From a virus, in the IMG/VR virus record IMGVR_UViG_3300035670_000018, positions 1-64,000 of that record: a stretch of 64,000 bases of DNA; one strand, written 5' to 3'. The translations under genes and the position numbers were made by a program. Positions within the stretch are counted from its first letter, which is position 1; every line of letters begins with the position of its first letter. The notes beneath the pieces are model-generated. The model ran no database searches, was not told the origin of the DNA, and saw nothing but the letters and a program-made list of their open reading frames with translations. Positions 7,344 through 17,306 of this stretch are shown piece after piece.

Positions 7344-10173
7344 ATGCTGTTCTTGATGACGGAGTAGAATATCCTGTATGATGAAAACCCTCAGGTAAGA
7401 ACTTAATACGCGCAAATGCTCTAGGCTGGGTGCCTTGTTCATATTGAGCATTAGCTACTGTTTCTTGCCATCTCTTGTCTTCGTCCATCATTTTGTTCTC
7501 TACACGAGGAATAGGAATCTGTCTTGCTTGTGTCTGACTCTGTTCATTCTGTTCTTCCATGCCTGTTTCAATCTCATCCATTCTATCTGACATATCGTAC
7601 ATGTCGTTTAGTTCATCGGCCTTAAGCTTGGATGCAGATGTTATTTGTAGTGCAGAACCTTGCTTTATCAGCCTTTCATTGTTGTTTACCTGAGCGATAG
7701 GAATACCTGTCTTGGTATCCATGATTGTAAGGTCTTCATTAACACCATACATGTTACCACCAAGAAGCTTTTGTTCAACGGGTTGTTCTACGCTGGCTTG
7801 AGCAGTTTTATTCTCTTCATCAAGTTTTTTCTTGTGTATCATAAACTGTAATTCTTCGTATTTTCTGCCAAGTTCTGCATTCTTTTTTTGATAGCTACTA
7901 TCTTTCAACTCATGTGTTTTTGATTCTTCATTATATTGCCAAAGTGCATCCATCTGTTTACCCGTATCAACAAATTCTTTTTGCAAATCTTTTACACTTT
8001 TATTAGAATATTTTTCAGATGCAGATGCTTGGCTGACAGCCTTATCATTTAGTTGCTGCAATTTTTTATCTAGAACAGCATTTTCTTCCTCAGAGTTTAT
8101 TTCTGCCCTCTTCTTCTCAAGTTGTTTATACTCTTCAAATTCATTGTCTGATAGATATTCATATCGGATACTGTTAGGTGTATCTTCATAAGGAAAATCT
8201 GATGATTCACTATCAATTTTAGATGTATCTTCTATTGCTGTTGTGTCTACTTCAACTTCTTCATCTGATTCAGGATCTACGCCAACAGATTGAGGAACAG
8301 ACATAGGTTCTTCTTGAGCAATCGCGGTTGTTCCATCTTGTGATAGCTTTAATGATGCTGCCTGTGACAATTCTGGATACAGTTCAGAGCCTCTTTCAGA
8401 AAGAAGCTGCAACTCTTTCTGTGATATATCATCTAAAACAGAAGGATCATCAGCAACTCTTTCTTGAAGGGCCAAATACTTTTCACGTAAAGCCATCTGC
8501 TGTTGTTCATAATCCTGCCAATAGTCTCTTGGGTTGGATCTGTAAAGAAGACCCTTCTCTGTCTTTGAACCCATACCAGCACTCATTCTGTACAGTTCAT
8601 CGGCCGTATATTCTTTGCCGTTGATTGTCTTTGGTAACCACACTTCAGCATGAGCATGAGCCCAACCACTTCTTACGCCGGAAGCTCCAACCTTGAAAAC
8701 AGTATCTCCTTTTTCAAATCTGCCTTTTTCTACGTTTTCATCATTGTGTGCATATCTATGAATTGATCCGTCATCAAATTTAACGTCGATATAATATCCA
8801 TATCCTTTTCCTTCTCTACCAACACTATAACCACCACCAATTACTTGGCCGCCCATATGTGCTTTCCAAGGTGTTCCTGTTTTAAAACCTTGTTCTGCTC
8901 CGAAATCTGTTCCTGCATGTCCGGGCGTTTTATTATTTGGTCTAATAGGATATTGTTTTCCTGTTTTCGGATCAGTATATATTCTTCCAAATTCACGGCT
9001 TCCAACTGTATTACCGGATGTCGGTATTGCATCAATTTCACTTATTCCTCCAAGATACGTTTCTTCTTCTCCTGGTGCAAATCCTAAACCTTGAGCGGCA
9101 GTCTGAACTGGTGCAACTGTAGCCGTTTCTTGTTGTTCTATTTGTGTTTGTTCAGCAACATTTTGAACAACGTCCATCGCATTTGGCACTTCAGTAGATT
9201 CTTCTTCGTCAGCATAACCTGTGATATTTTCAGGATTTACTTCATTAGCATACTGATCCAATGTGTTAAATGTTACTGCATTTCCACCTATTGCTGTTGC
9301 TTGTTGTGAAGCAATGATAAAATTTCCGTCTTTATCTTTGAGATTGCGTCCTGATCCTAATTGATTTGCCATAAGCATAGTAAAGTTTTGATTGGTATCA
9401 CCTTCAACTATGTTGGTTCTCGCTGAGAAGTTTACACTTTCTAACCAATCACCCCAGACCTTTGTCTGTTGTGCAGCAGACATTTTTAGATACTCACTTG
9501 AAGACAGACCTAAAGATTGAAGTTCTGTTGGGCCCATCTGAAATAGACCAGCATATCTACTATTGGTGCCACCCATAATGGCAGGATTCAGATTACGATT
9601 CTCTACTTTTAGAATCATGGCAATTGCAGCCGGAGTTATACCAAATCTCGCTGCTTGCTCATTTATGGCATTAACAAGATCAGGATTTTTAGCAAGTCCA
9701 GGAAGAATTGATGCTAACTTAGAAGCACTAGCCGTTACACTCGTTTTTCTTTGTGTAGAATCAACTGTACCAGCTAACATGGTATTTTCAACTGCTCTAA
9801 ATTGACCCGCAGTTATCTTTGGTGGTTTTTTTCCAGGAGAAGCAGGTGTAGCATCAGGATCTAACGTTGCTGGTCCATCATATTCATGTGCAGTATACCC
9901 TTGATTACCACCGCCTGTCTGATTCCAAGACTGACCACGACCACTCAACTTGTTCTGAATGTTGGATGTAATGAAGTTTGAGATATCTGGTAGCTGTCTT
10001 CTGTAATAGTCAGGAAAAGCCTGTGCTATCTGAGATGGTGTCAGCGATGACATTATGGCCTGAGCAAATTCAGAACTCGTTGCAGCACCACCGACACGAT
10101 TACCAATAGGTATACGCATCAAACTCTTATAGTCTATTGTGAGTGATTCGCTGGTAATAGGATTTACTGCCAT
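7342..10173 (-). CDS. Baseplate hub/tape-measure candidate with lytic transglycosylase (SLT-like) and M23 peptidase domains
   Basis: AIAMILKVE...YAGLFQM (SLT Glu and GLxQ); GHAGTDF (HxxxD), GYGYY, RYAH, AHAHAE (HxH); coiled-coil C-terminal part; directly downstream of gp51/gp26. Confidence 0.7.
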   Translation of the reverse strand: MAVNPITSESLTIDYKSLMRIPIGNRVGGAATSSEFAQAIMSSLTPSQIAQAFPDYYRRQLPDISNFITSNIQNKLSGRGQSWNQTGGGNQGYTAHEYDGPATLDPDATPASPGKKPPKITAGQFRAVENTMLAGTVDSTQRKTSVTASASKLASILPGLAKNPDLVNAINEQAARFGITPAAIAMILKVENRNLNPAIMGGTNSRYAGLFQMGPTELQSLGLSSSEYLKMSAAQQTKVWGDWLESVNFSARTNIVEGDTNQNFTMLMANQLGSGRNLKDKDGNFIIASQQATAIGGNAVTFNTLDQYANEVNPENITGYADEEESTEVPNAMDVVQNVAEQTQIEQQETATVAPVQTAAQGLGFAPGEEETYLGGISEIDAIPTSGNTVGSREFGRIYTDPKTGKQYPIRPNNKTPGHAGTDFGAEQGFKTGTPWKAHMGGQVIGGGYSVGREGKGYGYYIDVKFDDGSIHRYAHNDENVEKGRFEKGDTVFKVGASGVRSGWAHAHAEVWLPKTINGKEYTADELYRMSAGMGSKTEKGLLYRSNPRDYWQDYEQQQMALREKYLALQERVADDPSVLDDISQKELQLLSERGSELYPELSQAASLKLSQDGTTAIAQEEPMSVPQSVGVDPESDEEVEVDTTAIEDTSKIDSESSDFPYEDTPNSIRYEYLSDNEFEEYKQLEKKRAEINSEEENAVLDKKLQQLNDKAVSQASASEKYSNKSVKDLQKEFVDTGKQMDALWQYNEESKTHELKDSSYQKKNAELGRKYEELQFMIHKKKLDEENKTAQASVEQPVEQKLLGGNMYGVNEDLTIMDTKTGIPIAQVNNNERLIKQGSALQITSASKLKADELNDMYDMSDRMDEIETGMEEQNEQSQTQARQIPIPRVENKMMDEDKRWQETVANAQYEQGTQPRAFARIKFLPEGFHHTGYSTPSSRTA

Positions 10174-10376
10174 TACTTTCTCTTCTTATGCTTTGCAGCC
10201 GCTGCGCGGTCGCGTCTGTCTTGCTCTTGTTTTCTAAGGAACTCGGTCAGCAAATCAATGTATACATACTTTTCCCATGGTATCATGTTCTCAAGTTCGG
10301 CTAGTGAATATTTATGATGCTGCATCAATGCAAAGTTGGTCTTGTAATAGTTGAAGATGCTATCATAGCCGAACAT
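10173..10376 (-). CDS. 51: Baseplate hub assembly catalyst gp51-like
   Basis: NYYKTNFALMQHHKYSLAELENMIPWE motif. Confidence 0.88.
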   Translation of the reverse strand: MFGYDSIFNYYKTNFALMQHHKYSLAELENMIPWEKYVYIDLLTEFLRKQEQDRRDRAAAAKHKKRK

Positions 10377-11101
10377 TACTGAAAAAAACTTATGAAGTCT
10401 TTATACCTCACAGTATGTTGTTTGCCACACTTGTTACATTGGGCTGAGGCTTTAACGACAAAGCTAGGGAAGTTCTGTGTGAATTCTTCTAGCTTCTGGT
10501 ACTGCTGTTGTGTCAGATTTTCAATGAAGTTATGCAGTTCTTCTGGTGTGAAGTCTTTGCTGGTATAATACTGACCCTTTGTGAAGATCCTGTCCACACA
10601 TGATGCAATAATCTTAATGTTATTGTCCAGTTTGTCAGCGTTCTCGTCTAGCGACTTCATGATTGAATATGAAGGATATTTCATGGTAAAGATAAGGTCA
10701 TCATAGAACTTTATTGTGAGCGCACTCTTATCGTTGTTTGAGACTTCTATGTTGGCAATATCAAGCTTTACAGGGAATTTGTTTCCACACTTGCCGGCTT
10801 CTGTCTGATTTTGGCATATGAAATTTAATTCAACTGTTTCACCAACTGATTTAGCACGAAGCGCAATGAACAGATAGTCTATATCAAAGAATGGCAGTGT
10901 GTCCACGTTTATCTCTGGTGAGATGATGCAGTTAGTAATAACCTGCTTTGTCGCACGGATTATCTCTTGTGCATCATTACTCTTGACTGCCATAAGCAAT
11001 AGCTTTTCTTCCTTGACAAGAAAAGGTCTGACAGTCACTTCCTGATTATTGGAAGGCAAATGAAGTGTGTATGTAGGTAAGTCTATCTTCGGTAACATCA
11101 T
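10376..11101 (-). CDS. 26: Baseplate hub subunit gp26
   Basis: LPKIDLPTY.L.LPS....RPFLVKEEKLLL, FDIDYLFIALRAKSVGE, CxxC near the C-terminus. Confidence 0.9.
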   Translation of the reverse strand: MMLPKIDLPTYTLHLPSNNQEVTVRPFLVKEEKLLLMAVKSNDAQEIIRATKQVITNCIISPEINVDTLPFFDIDYLFIALRAKSVGETVELNFICQNQTEAGKCGNKFPVKLDIANIEVSNNDKSALTIKFYDDLIFTMKYPSYSIMKSLDENADKLDNNIKIIASCVDRIFTKGQYYTSKDFTPEELHNFIENLTQQQYQKLEEFTQNFPSFVVKASAQCNKCGKQHTVRYKDFISFFQ

Positions 11102-11130
11102 ATATTCCTTTGGTCAATTTTAAGCGATGA

Positions 11131-11826
11131 TTATCTAAGTCCACCAGGTGTGTCAGAATTTCTGAATGTGTTTGGTTTACCTGCTACAAGATCAGGATTA
11201 TTGCTGACAGACGGATCTCTTCCAACTCTTTTCCACTTGTGATATGTGAATGTCACAGCCAGTCTTTGCACTTGGTCATCGGCCCATGTTACCGGCTGTG
11301 GATTGACAAGGGTAGGATAAGCATTGAACAACGTGATCTTGTATGTTTCTTTTGGATATGTGGCTGGTGTCGTATTTGGACCAGAACCGGTTGAGATACC
11401 ATATTCTGCATATTGCATAATTTCAATCGTTGTCTCATAATCTTTTCTGTAATTAAAGTCATATGTGTTGGTAGGATTTATTGCTTCCATCCAGTCATCA
11501 AAGAACTGTCTCTCATAAGACTCAGAACGGCAAAGAAAAGTCATTGTGGTATCTTCATATTGTGTCTGATATGGTAGCTTTTGATTTGGACCATAGTAGC
11601 GTACATCCAGACTTAGAAAACCACGACCAGGCAATTCAGCAGCTTCACATAGATAAGTGAAGTCGCGCATGATCTGTCCATAACTCATGTCTAAATGAAC
11701 TCTGGCTGGCATGATACGAACAGCAAATCTTGTAGATTTGGCCAGTCCACCATAACGTGAACTTTCTGTCTTGAAGTCATTCATTGACAGCTTGGTTATT
11801 GGATTGGTTACAGGAAGCGAAGACAT
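11131..11826 (-). CDS. 54: Tail-tube-fold protein (gp54-like baseplate-tube initiator)
   Basis: GGLAK..RF, LCEAAELPGR, FFDDWM..I, L.NAYP, LAVTFTY tube-fold motifs; position next to gp26/gp2. Confidence 0.7.
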   Translation of the reverse strand: MSSLPVTNPITKLSMNDFKTESSRYGGLAKSTRFAVRIMPARVHLDMSYGQIMRDFTYLCEAAELPGRGFLSLDVRYYGPNQKLPYQTQYEDTTMTFLCRSESYERQFFDDWMEAINPTNTYDFNYRKDYETTIEIMQYAEYGISTGSGPNTTPATYPKETYKITLFNAYPTLVNPQPVTWADDQVQRLAVTFTYHKWKRVGRDPSVSNNPDLVAGKPNTFRNSDTPGGLR

Positions 11827-11832
11827 TTGTTA

Positions 11833-12339
11833 CTAACTCTTTCTAATGAATAGTTCTAAAGATAACTGAGCAGCTTTGTCCCATTCAGTGGCTGGTATCT
11901 CAATAAATCTAGACCTAACATGGCCATAGAGATAACGCTTTACTGCTGGAGCCATTACTGAATTGACACTCTTAGATGAACTCAGTAGGTCATACGATAT
12001 TTTCAGTCTGGTTCTTGGTGTGTATTTCTTGGATGTAGCGTATTCCTGAAGACGGTTCAAAAGACCTATTCTCGCACCGACATCCAGATAATGAATATTG
12101 ATGCCAAGAAAGCCGTCGTGATAATCTTCCAGCGGAAATACCAGTGGATAAACGTCATATACAGGCAGCTTATCTTTTGTTTTGGGATCATACTTGAAAA
12201 AGACCATTCTACCTATTGTCGCATATGCTCTCTGTTGCTGTTGCATACGGAATAGATTATCACGCATAGAAGACGCGCTTCTTGCTTTTTCAGTCATCCA
12301 GTCAAATAATTCTTTGGGTGTATATTTCTTTGTGGCCAT
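11833..12339 (-). CDS. 2: DNA end protector gp2
   Basis: GRMVFFKYDPKTKDKLPVYDVYPLVFP, GFLGINIHYL, KRYLYGHVRSRF. Confidence 0.9.
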   Translation of the reverse strand: MATKKYTPKELFDWMTEKARSASSMRDNLFRMQQQQRAYATIGRMVFFKYDPKTKDKLPVYDVYPLVFPLEDYHDGFLGINIHYLDVGARIGLLNRLQEYATSKKYTPRTRLKISYDLLSSSKSVNSVMAPAVKRYLYGHVRSRFIEIPATEWDKAAQLSLELFIRKS

Positions 12340-12344
12340 AGAAG

Positions 12345-12352
12345 TATTTATG
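12345..12352 (-). promoter_or_regulatory. T4-type late promoter variant (CATAAATA) for gp2
   Basis: Reverse complement of TATTTATG immediately upstream of the gp2 start. Confidence 0.55.
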
Positions 12353-12361
12353 TGAATTTAC

Positions 12362-12390
12362 TTGACAAGTGCTTGACATAGCTGTAATAT
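12362..12390 (+). promoter_or_regulatory. Sigma70-like promoter oriented antisense to gp4
   Basis: TTGACA (12362) -17 nt- TAATAT (12385); second TTGACA at 12373. Confidence 0.55.
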
Positions 12391-12419
12391 GGCTATGCCA
12401 GCGATGATAAGCACTACTG

Positions 12420-12857
12420 TTATATACCTAATTCATCTTCTGTAATCAGCTTAAATATCCAGCCTCTATCAAGACAGTATTCAGTGGCTGACTTCCATTT
12501 TGCAGTATTCTTACCCCATGTCATGACTTCAGTGATATACTGCTTTGTTATTCGCTTCTTCTTTTTAGGTTCTCTTGTTTCTTTCTTAGGCTTTACTTCC
12601 AGCATCATAGTCTGAGTATTTCCGTCTTTTGTTCTAGCCTTGACGATAAAATCAGGAAAATATCTATGTCTGCGGTTATCTGTTGGGCAGATATATGGTA
12701 TTGCTATTTCCTCTGAACTCCATTCCAGTACACTATCATTGGTATCCAAATGCTTCATTACTCGCAACTCCCACAGAGAGCGATAAATGATGTTTGTTGG
12801 ATCCCCCTTGTATTTCTGAGGATTCTTTGGAGAGAAGCGACCTTTGTATGTTTTCAT
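12420..12857 (-). CDS. 4: Head completion nuclease gp4 (TnsA-like fold)
   Basis: YKGRF.PKNPQKYKGDPTNIIYRSLWE, WSSEE, RYFPDF, EVKP, N.AKW..A. Confidence 0.93.
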   Translation of the reverse strand: MKTYKGRFSPKNPQKYKGDPTNIIYRSLWELRVMKHLDTNDSVLEWSSEEIAIPYICPTDNRRHRYFPDFIVKARTKDGNTQTMMLEVKPKKETREPKKKKRITKQYITEVMTWGKNTAKWKSATEYCLDRGWIFKLITEDELGI

Positions 12858-12864
12858 ATAAATA
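12857..12864 (+). promoter_or_regulatory. T4 late promoter TATAAATA (gp48 operon)
   Basis: Exact consensus ~28 nt upstream of the gp48 start. Confidence 0.75.
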
Positions 12865-12891
12865 TATAGAAAACAATCACAGGAACTAAAA

Positions 12892-13902
12892 ATGACTGAA
12901 CCAAGTACAACGGATGGCTTTGAAATTGTTGGAGGTGTATCTGATGTTAATGATAATCCATTTAGTGGGCTGACAGATGTTGCCAGTGAACTCGGCGGCA
13001 GATTTGTTGATATAATTACAGGACCACCTGAAGCAAATGATCAAGACTTAGAGCAAAGTAAGTATGATTTTACTTATCGTGTGTTTCCTGAGGATCTTAC
13101 ACTTTCTGACAGCGCACACTATATGGTCATCAATATTAACGTGCCAACAACCAGAAGCGGGCAGAATAGATCAGCTTTCTCACCTGGTGAATTATTGTCT
13201 GATGATTTCTCAAAGGTAGATAATCTGAGATTTAGTTCAGCATTTGCACCACGCACAAATACTCCTCAAAAAGAATTTCTTTCTATACCAAGAAATACTC
13301 GCAGAATAGCACAGTCCATTGCGCTTCATATGCCTAATGGTGGCTTAGTCTATACTGAAGATAACAAGTATGAGGAAGCGTCTCTGACTTCCATGGCAGG
13401 TAGTATTGTTGGTGCTGCTGGTAGTCTGCCAGGTAGATTTGGTGGTGCTGCGGGTATTGTAGGCAGAATAGGTCAAGCTGTAACTGGTGGATCTAGACTT
13501 GTTGGATATCCTGTTAATCCTCGCGTAGAGGTACTATTTGCAACAAGACCACAAAGACAGTGGATGTTTGAAGTGTTTTTAGCACCACGCTCAGTTGATG
13601 AAGCATTGACAGTCAAAGAAATAATCAGATTGCTCCGTTATCATGCTGCACCTGAACTGGAAGGAGCAGGCTTCTTCTTTATTCCACCAGCTGAATTTGA
13701 TATTACATTTTATAGGCAGGGTGTGGAAAATCGCAATTTACCTCGCATCAATACATGTGTTCTGGAAAAAATTGATATTGATTATGCACCACAGGGAGTA
13801 TATTCAACATTTAGAGACGGTACTCCTGTGGCTGTTCGTCTGAGCATGGGTTTCAGAGAGATTGAAATTGTTCACAAACTCAGAGTTTTACAGGGCTTCT
13901 AA
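12892..13902 (+). CDS. 48: Baseplate tail-tube cap gp48
   Basis: FPEDL, SIALHMP, NPRVEVLF...R.W.F, P.EFDI.F, CVLEKIDIDYAP, MGFREIE. Confidence 0.85.
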   Translation: MTEPSTTDGFEIVGGVSDVNDNPFSGLTDVASELGGRFVDIITGPPEANDQDLEQSKYDFTYRVFPEDLTLSDSAHYMVININVPTTRSGQNRSAFSPGELLSDDFSKVDNLRFSSAFAPRTNTPQKEFLSIPRNTRRIAQSIALHMPNGGLVYTEDNKYEEASLTSMAGSIVGAAGSLPGRFGGAAGIVGRIGQAVTGGSRLVGYPVNPRVEVLFATRPQRQWMFEVFLAPRSVDEALTVKEIIRLLRYHAAPELEGAGFFFIPPAEFDITFYRQGVENRNLPRINTCVLEKIDIDYAPQGVYSTFRDGTPVAVRLSMGFREIEIVHKLRVLQGF

Positions 13903-14801
13903 TGTCTAGATTTTTTGATAAGTTTCCTCTTGTTAGATATACAGTAGATAAAAAGCTGCTGAACGAGTATGATACAGTTCGCAATGTGCTGTTTCGTGTT
14001 GGTATCATCAAAGAGGTTATGGATAATAATATCGATTCCTATTATCTCTATACGATAAAAGACTCTGACAGACCAGAAACTCTATCAGATAGAATATATA
14101 ATGACCCAGAAGCACATTGGATTATTTTATACGCAAATAATATATATGATCCATATTATGACTGGCCTATGGATGCGCGTACATTTGAGAAGTATATCAT
14201 CAAAAAATACGGTTCCCTAGAATTTGCAAAGACAAATTATCATCACTACGAAAAAGTAATTACCAGAGAAAATCCAGCTGCTCAGGTTGTCAGCACTACA
14301 AGATTTGAAGTAAACGAGAAAAAACTGACAGATGGTATTTTGACAATTATTGATGCTGAATTAGACTATGGTATCGGTGAGATAGTCTATGTCGGTCCAT
14401 CTAATGCATCAAATACATTCTCAGGCCAAGTGACTGCATGGAGTAATTCTAACGGGCGTATTGTTCTAGCCAATACCAATGGCACAGCCCTAGCATATCA
14501 GTTTCTTATTGGTTCATCTTCAGCAGTCAATGGCACAATTCTAAAGACTGATCTACCAACAGCACCTATGGATGCATATAATACGCTGACAGATACTACA
14601 GGTTTCTCTACATATACAGTAGCAGGACGCACCGTATTTGAGACTATTTCCCGTGACAAAATATCATACTTTGATTACGAGGAAAGAATAAATGAGGAAA
14701 AGCGCCTTATTCGTATAATCAAGCCTCAGTATTATCAGCAGATTACTGGTGAGTTGGAAGACATTACAAATCAAAGAACATTTTTCAGAAGACCTAGATA
14801 A
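13902..14801 (+). CDS. 53: Baseplate wedge subunit gp53
   Basis: FF.KFP...Y, DRPETLS..IY.DP..HWIIL..N.I.DPY.DWP, YEE..NE.KR.I.IIKP. Confidence 0.9.
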   Translation: MSRFFDKFPLVRYTVDKKLLNEYDTVRNVLFRVGIIKEVMDNNIDSYYLYTIKDSDRPETLSDRIYNDPEAHWIILYANNIYDPYYDWPMDARTFEKYIIKKYGSLEFAKTNYHHYEKVITRENPAAQVVSTTRFEVNEKKLTDGILTIIDAELDYGIGEIVYVGPSNASNTFSGQVTAWSNSNGRIVLANTNGTALAYQFLIGSSSAVNGTILKTDLPTAPMDAYNTLTDTTGFSTYTVAGRTVFETISRDKISYFDYEERINEEKRLIRIIKPQYYQQITGELEDITNQRTFFRRPR

Positions 14802-16030
14802 TGGAAGCACCAAGAGAAATAGAAAATCCATATTCGTATGATATTTCATCAACATCATTTGAAGTAAACTTTGATGGTGTGAGTGACCCTATTTTTGAAG
14901 ACCTAAGCGCAAAAGAAATCACAATGACCGAGAGCCTTTTGACACCAGGTTTGCAGACAACGATCAAGCTCCATAGTTTTTTTCACAATCCAACAATCAA
15001 AGTATTAAATGAATTCAAGAACGCTATAGCTAATATCAAGGTATACAGACCAATTCTACAGCAATTTGGTATGATGGATGAGTTGAACGCATCAGCGCGA
15101 ATTTATCGTCTGGACAATAGAAAGATGATTAATCATAACGTAGAAGAATTTACTGTTCAAGGTTGTGATGATACTCTGCTAAATGACGCAAGAAATCTGG
15201 TATCAAAGTCATGGAAATGCGTCAGCCCGTCTTCTGTGGTAGAAGAAGTATTAAGAACATGTGCTGGCGCAAAGACAATAGATTTAGAGAGTTCAGGTCC
15301 AGCGCGTGATTATATCGCTGAGAATATTCATGCGTTTCAGGTTGTCACACAACAGGCCGATGTTGCATTAGCTGGTGGTGATGATCCGTCATTTATTCAT
15401 TACATGACATACAGAAATTTTAGTAAAGGTGATCCACGCGGTACACACCATTTTAGATCACTGAAAAGCCTTACTGCACCAAATAATGGTGTGGCCAGAT
15501 TTTTCTTCCAAGAGACAGGTATATATGCAGGTATCGGTCATCCAGAATCAATTTTGACATATTCATTTCCTTGTGATTTTGATTATTTGTCAGATATTCT
15601 CAATGGTCTAAGGTCATCACTCGTTACAGTAAATCCTATGTTAAAAACATTAAGTCTGCTAGGTAATAAATCAAGCACATGCGGTATGGGTGAAGGCCAG
15701 TATATGGTAGCATTTACCAATTTCAATTCAGCCCAGCGTCAGGATTCATGCAATACAGATGTAGAAAAGCATTTGCTTCTTCGTCAAGCACGTATGGGAT
15801 TGCTAGAACGCGACAAGATAGCACTTAGACTAACAGTACCATGGAATCCTGTATTACATGCTGGTGATATCATTGAAGCATATTTTATCAATAAAAACAC
15901 AAAGAAATATGATAATTTTGGCACAGGTTTGTACTTGATACATAGTATGACACATAACATAAAAGCTGGTGGCTATGGCACAACGACATTGGATTGTGTG
16001 GCTGATACAGTAGGCGAGGGAATAGTATAA
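14801..16030 (+). CDS. Baseplate hub protein (gp27-like)
   Basis: Between gp53 and gp5; ESLLTPGL, VPWNPVLHAGDII, GLYLIHSMTHNI C-terminal pattern of hub proteins. Confidence 0.55.
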   Translation: MEAPREIENPYSYDISSTSFEVNFDGVSDPIFEDLSAKEITMTESLLTPGLQTTIKLHSFFHNPTIKVLNEFKNAIANIKVYRPILQQFGMMDELNASARIYRLDNRKMINHNVEEFTVQGCDDTLLNDARNLVSKSWKCVSPSSVVEEVLRTCAGAKTIDLESSGPARDYIAENIHAFQVVTQQADVALAGGDDPSFIHYMTYRNFSKGDPRGTHHFRSLKSLTAPNNGVARFFFQETGIYAGIGHPESILTYSFPCDFDYLSDILNGLRSSLVTVNPMLKTLSLLGNKSSTCGMGEGQYMVAFTNFNSAQRQDSCNTDVEKHLLLRQARMGLLERDKIALRLTVPWNPVLHAGDIIEAYFINKNTKKYDNFGTGLYLIHSMTHNIKAGGYGTTTLDCVADTVGEGIV

Positions 16031-17289
16031 TGAGTTATCCATATCAAGGTGAGATTTGCTATGGCATTGTGTGTGGTGGTAATTTAAATGACCCTGATCC
16101 AACAATGTCTGGTGGTGTGCGTGTTATTCAACCACACTTGCATAATCCAAAAAACGTAAAAATAAAAGACTTGCCTTTCGCGCGCACGATGGCACAGGGC
16201 ACACAAAAGGGCATGACAAATATGAACATGCCAGCCGAACACGGCTCAGGTGTATTATGTCTAAAAATGCCCGGACAAGTTGGTACCGGACACCTAGCCG
16301 TTATATGTACTGTGTCGGGTGATATTCCTGAAGATATAGGTACACCAGGAAACAATAATCCATTTTCTGAATTTCTTCAAAAAGTTCTCAGCGAAAGTGC
16401 CGGCATTAATATTCCACCTAGCGTGGGTTCTGGACCAGCAGGATCAAAGCCTCCTGTAGAAAAAGGTGAAGAGTGGAAACACGAACTAACTAAAAATTTG
16501 CCATCTCATCTTGCACTCGCACCATTGATTGGCATCAAAATACCTCAGTTAAAGAATGTAGCGACAGCCATTCAATCATTTTCTAGTATATTGACTGGTG
16601 ATATGCTGAGTAAATTACCTGGTGTTAATATGACGCTTGGTTCATTATTGACAAATATGCCAAGCAACCTATTAAATGATTTGGCTAAGAATATGTCACC
16701 AGATATGTACAGAGCCTTGAATTCCATGAATAAGCTAATGCAGACAATGGAAATTGTTGAAGAGGGTGGCTTTAATACAGCAGCAAAAATCAATCCAGAT
16801 GTATTCTTCAATAATGCAGTAAATCTGTTAGTTGATGTTCGCACAATATATGATTTGGTTGGCTCATATCAAAAACTTCAGTATGATACATCGCTTTTTG
16901 GTCTGGAAAGCTTGCCGCCTGTAGACTTGTTAATGTCTGGTGGACCATTTGGTGATATACCTATGCAGTTGGACTCTTTTGGTAATCTGACAAGCAATGC
17001 ACCAGAAGGTGTTCAGAAACTTATAGAAGCTTTCTCATCACTCATGAAAGATACTTCTGGTGGTTTTCCTGGTGTATTTCCAGATAAGAACATGTTTGGT
17101 GGTTCTGCTGGTGTATTGAATGATATGTTTAATAGACTGCCTAACGCTGAGTTAAATGAAGCTGTTCAGCAGATGCAAAAGCACGTAGCACCTGGAACAA
17201 ATCCAAGAGACAATGGAAACAAGCTTGTGAGTACCACGATGAAAGCTGGTATGCTTGCATTATCACTATTAGACTCATTGAAATCTTAA
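16030..17289 (+). CDS. gp5 N-terminal (OB-fold-like) hub protein with unknown helical C-terminal region
   Basis: YGIV....NDPDP..SGGVRV...LPFA resembles gp5 GVVE...DP...GRVRVR...LPWA. Confidence 0.5.
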   Translation: MSYPYQGEICYGIVCGGNLNDPDPTMSGGVRVIQPHLHNPKNVKIKDLPFARTMAQGTQKGMTNMNMPAEHGSGVLCLKMPGQVGTGHLAVICTVSGDIPEDIGTPGNNNPFSEFLQKVLSESAGINIPPSVGSGPAGSKPPVEKGEEWKHELTKNLPSHLALAPLIGIKIPQLKNVATAIQSFSSILTGDMLSKLPGVNMTLGSLLTNMPSNLLNDLAKNMSPDMYRALNSMNKLMQTMEIVEEGGFNTAAKINPDVFFNNAVNLLVDVRTIYDLVGSYQKLQYDTSLFGLESLPPVDLLMSGGPFGDIPMQLDSFGNLTSNAPEGVQKLIEAFSSLMKDTSGGFPGVFPDKNMFGGSAGVLNDMFNRLPNAELNEAVQQMQKHVAPGTNPRDNGNKLVSTTMKAGMLALSLLDSLKS

Positions 17290-17306
17290 AAAAGGAATAA
17301 TATAAT

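Noticed and set aside
12420-12857. TnsA-like transposase
   Set aside because: Motifs and position identify gp4 head-completion nuclease; no transposon ends or partner genes
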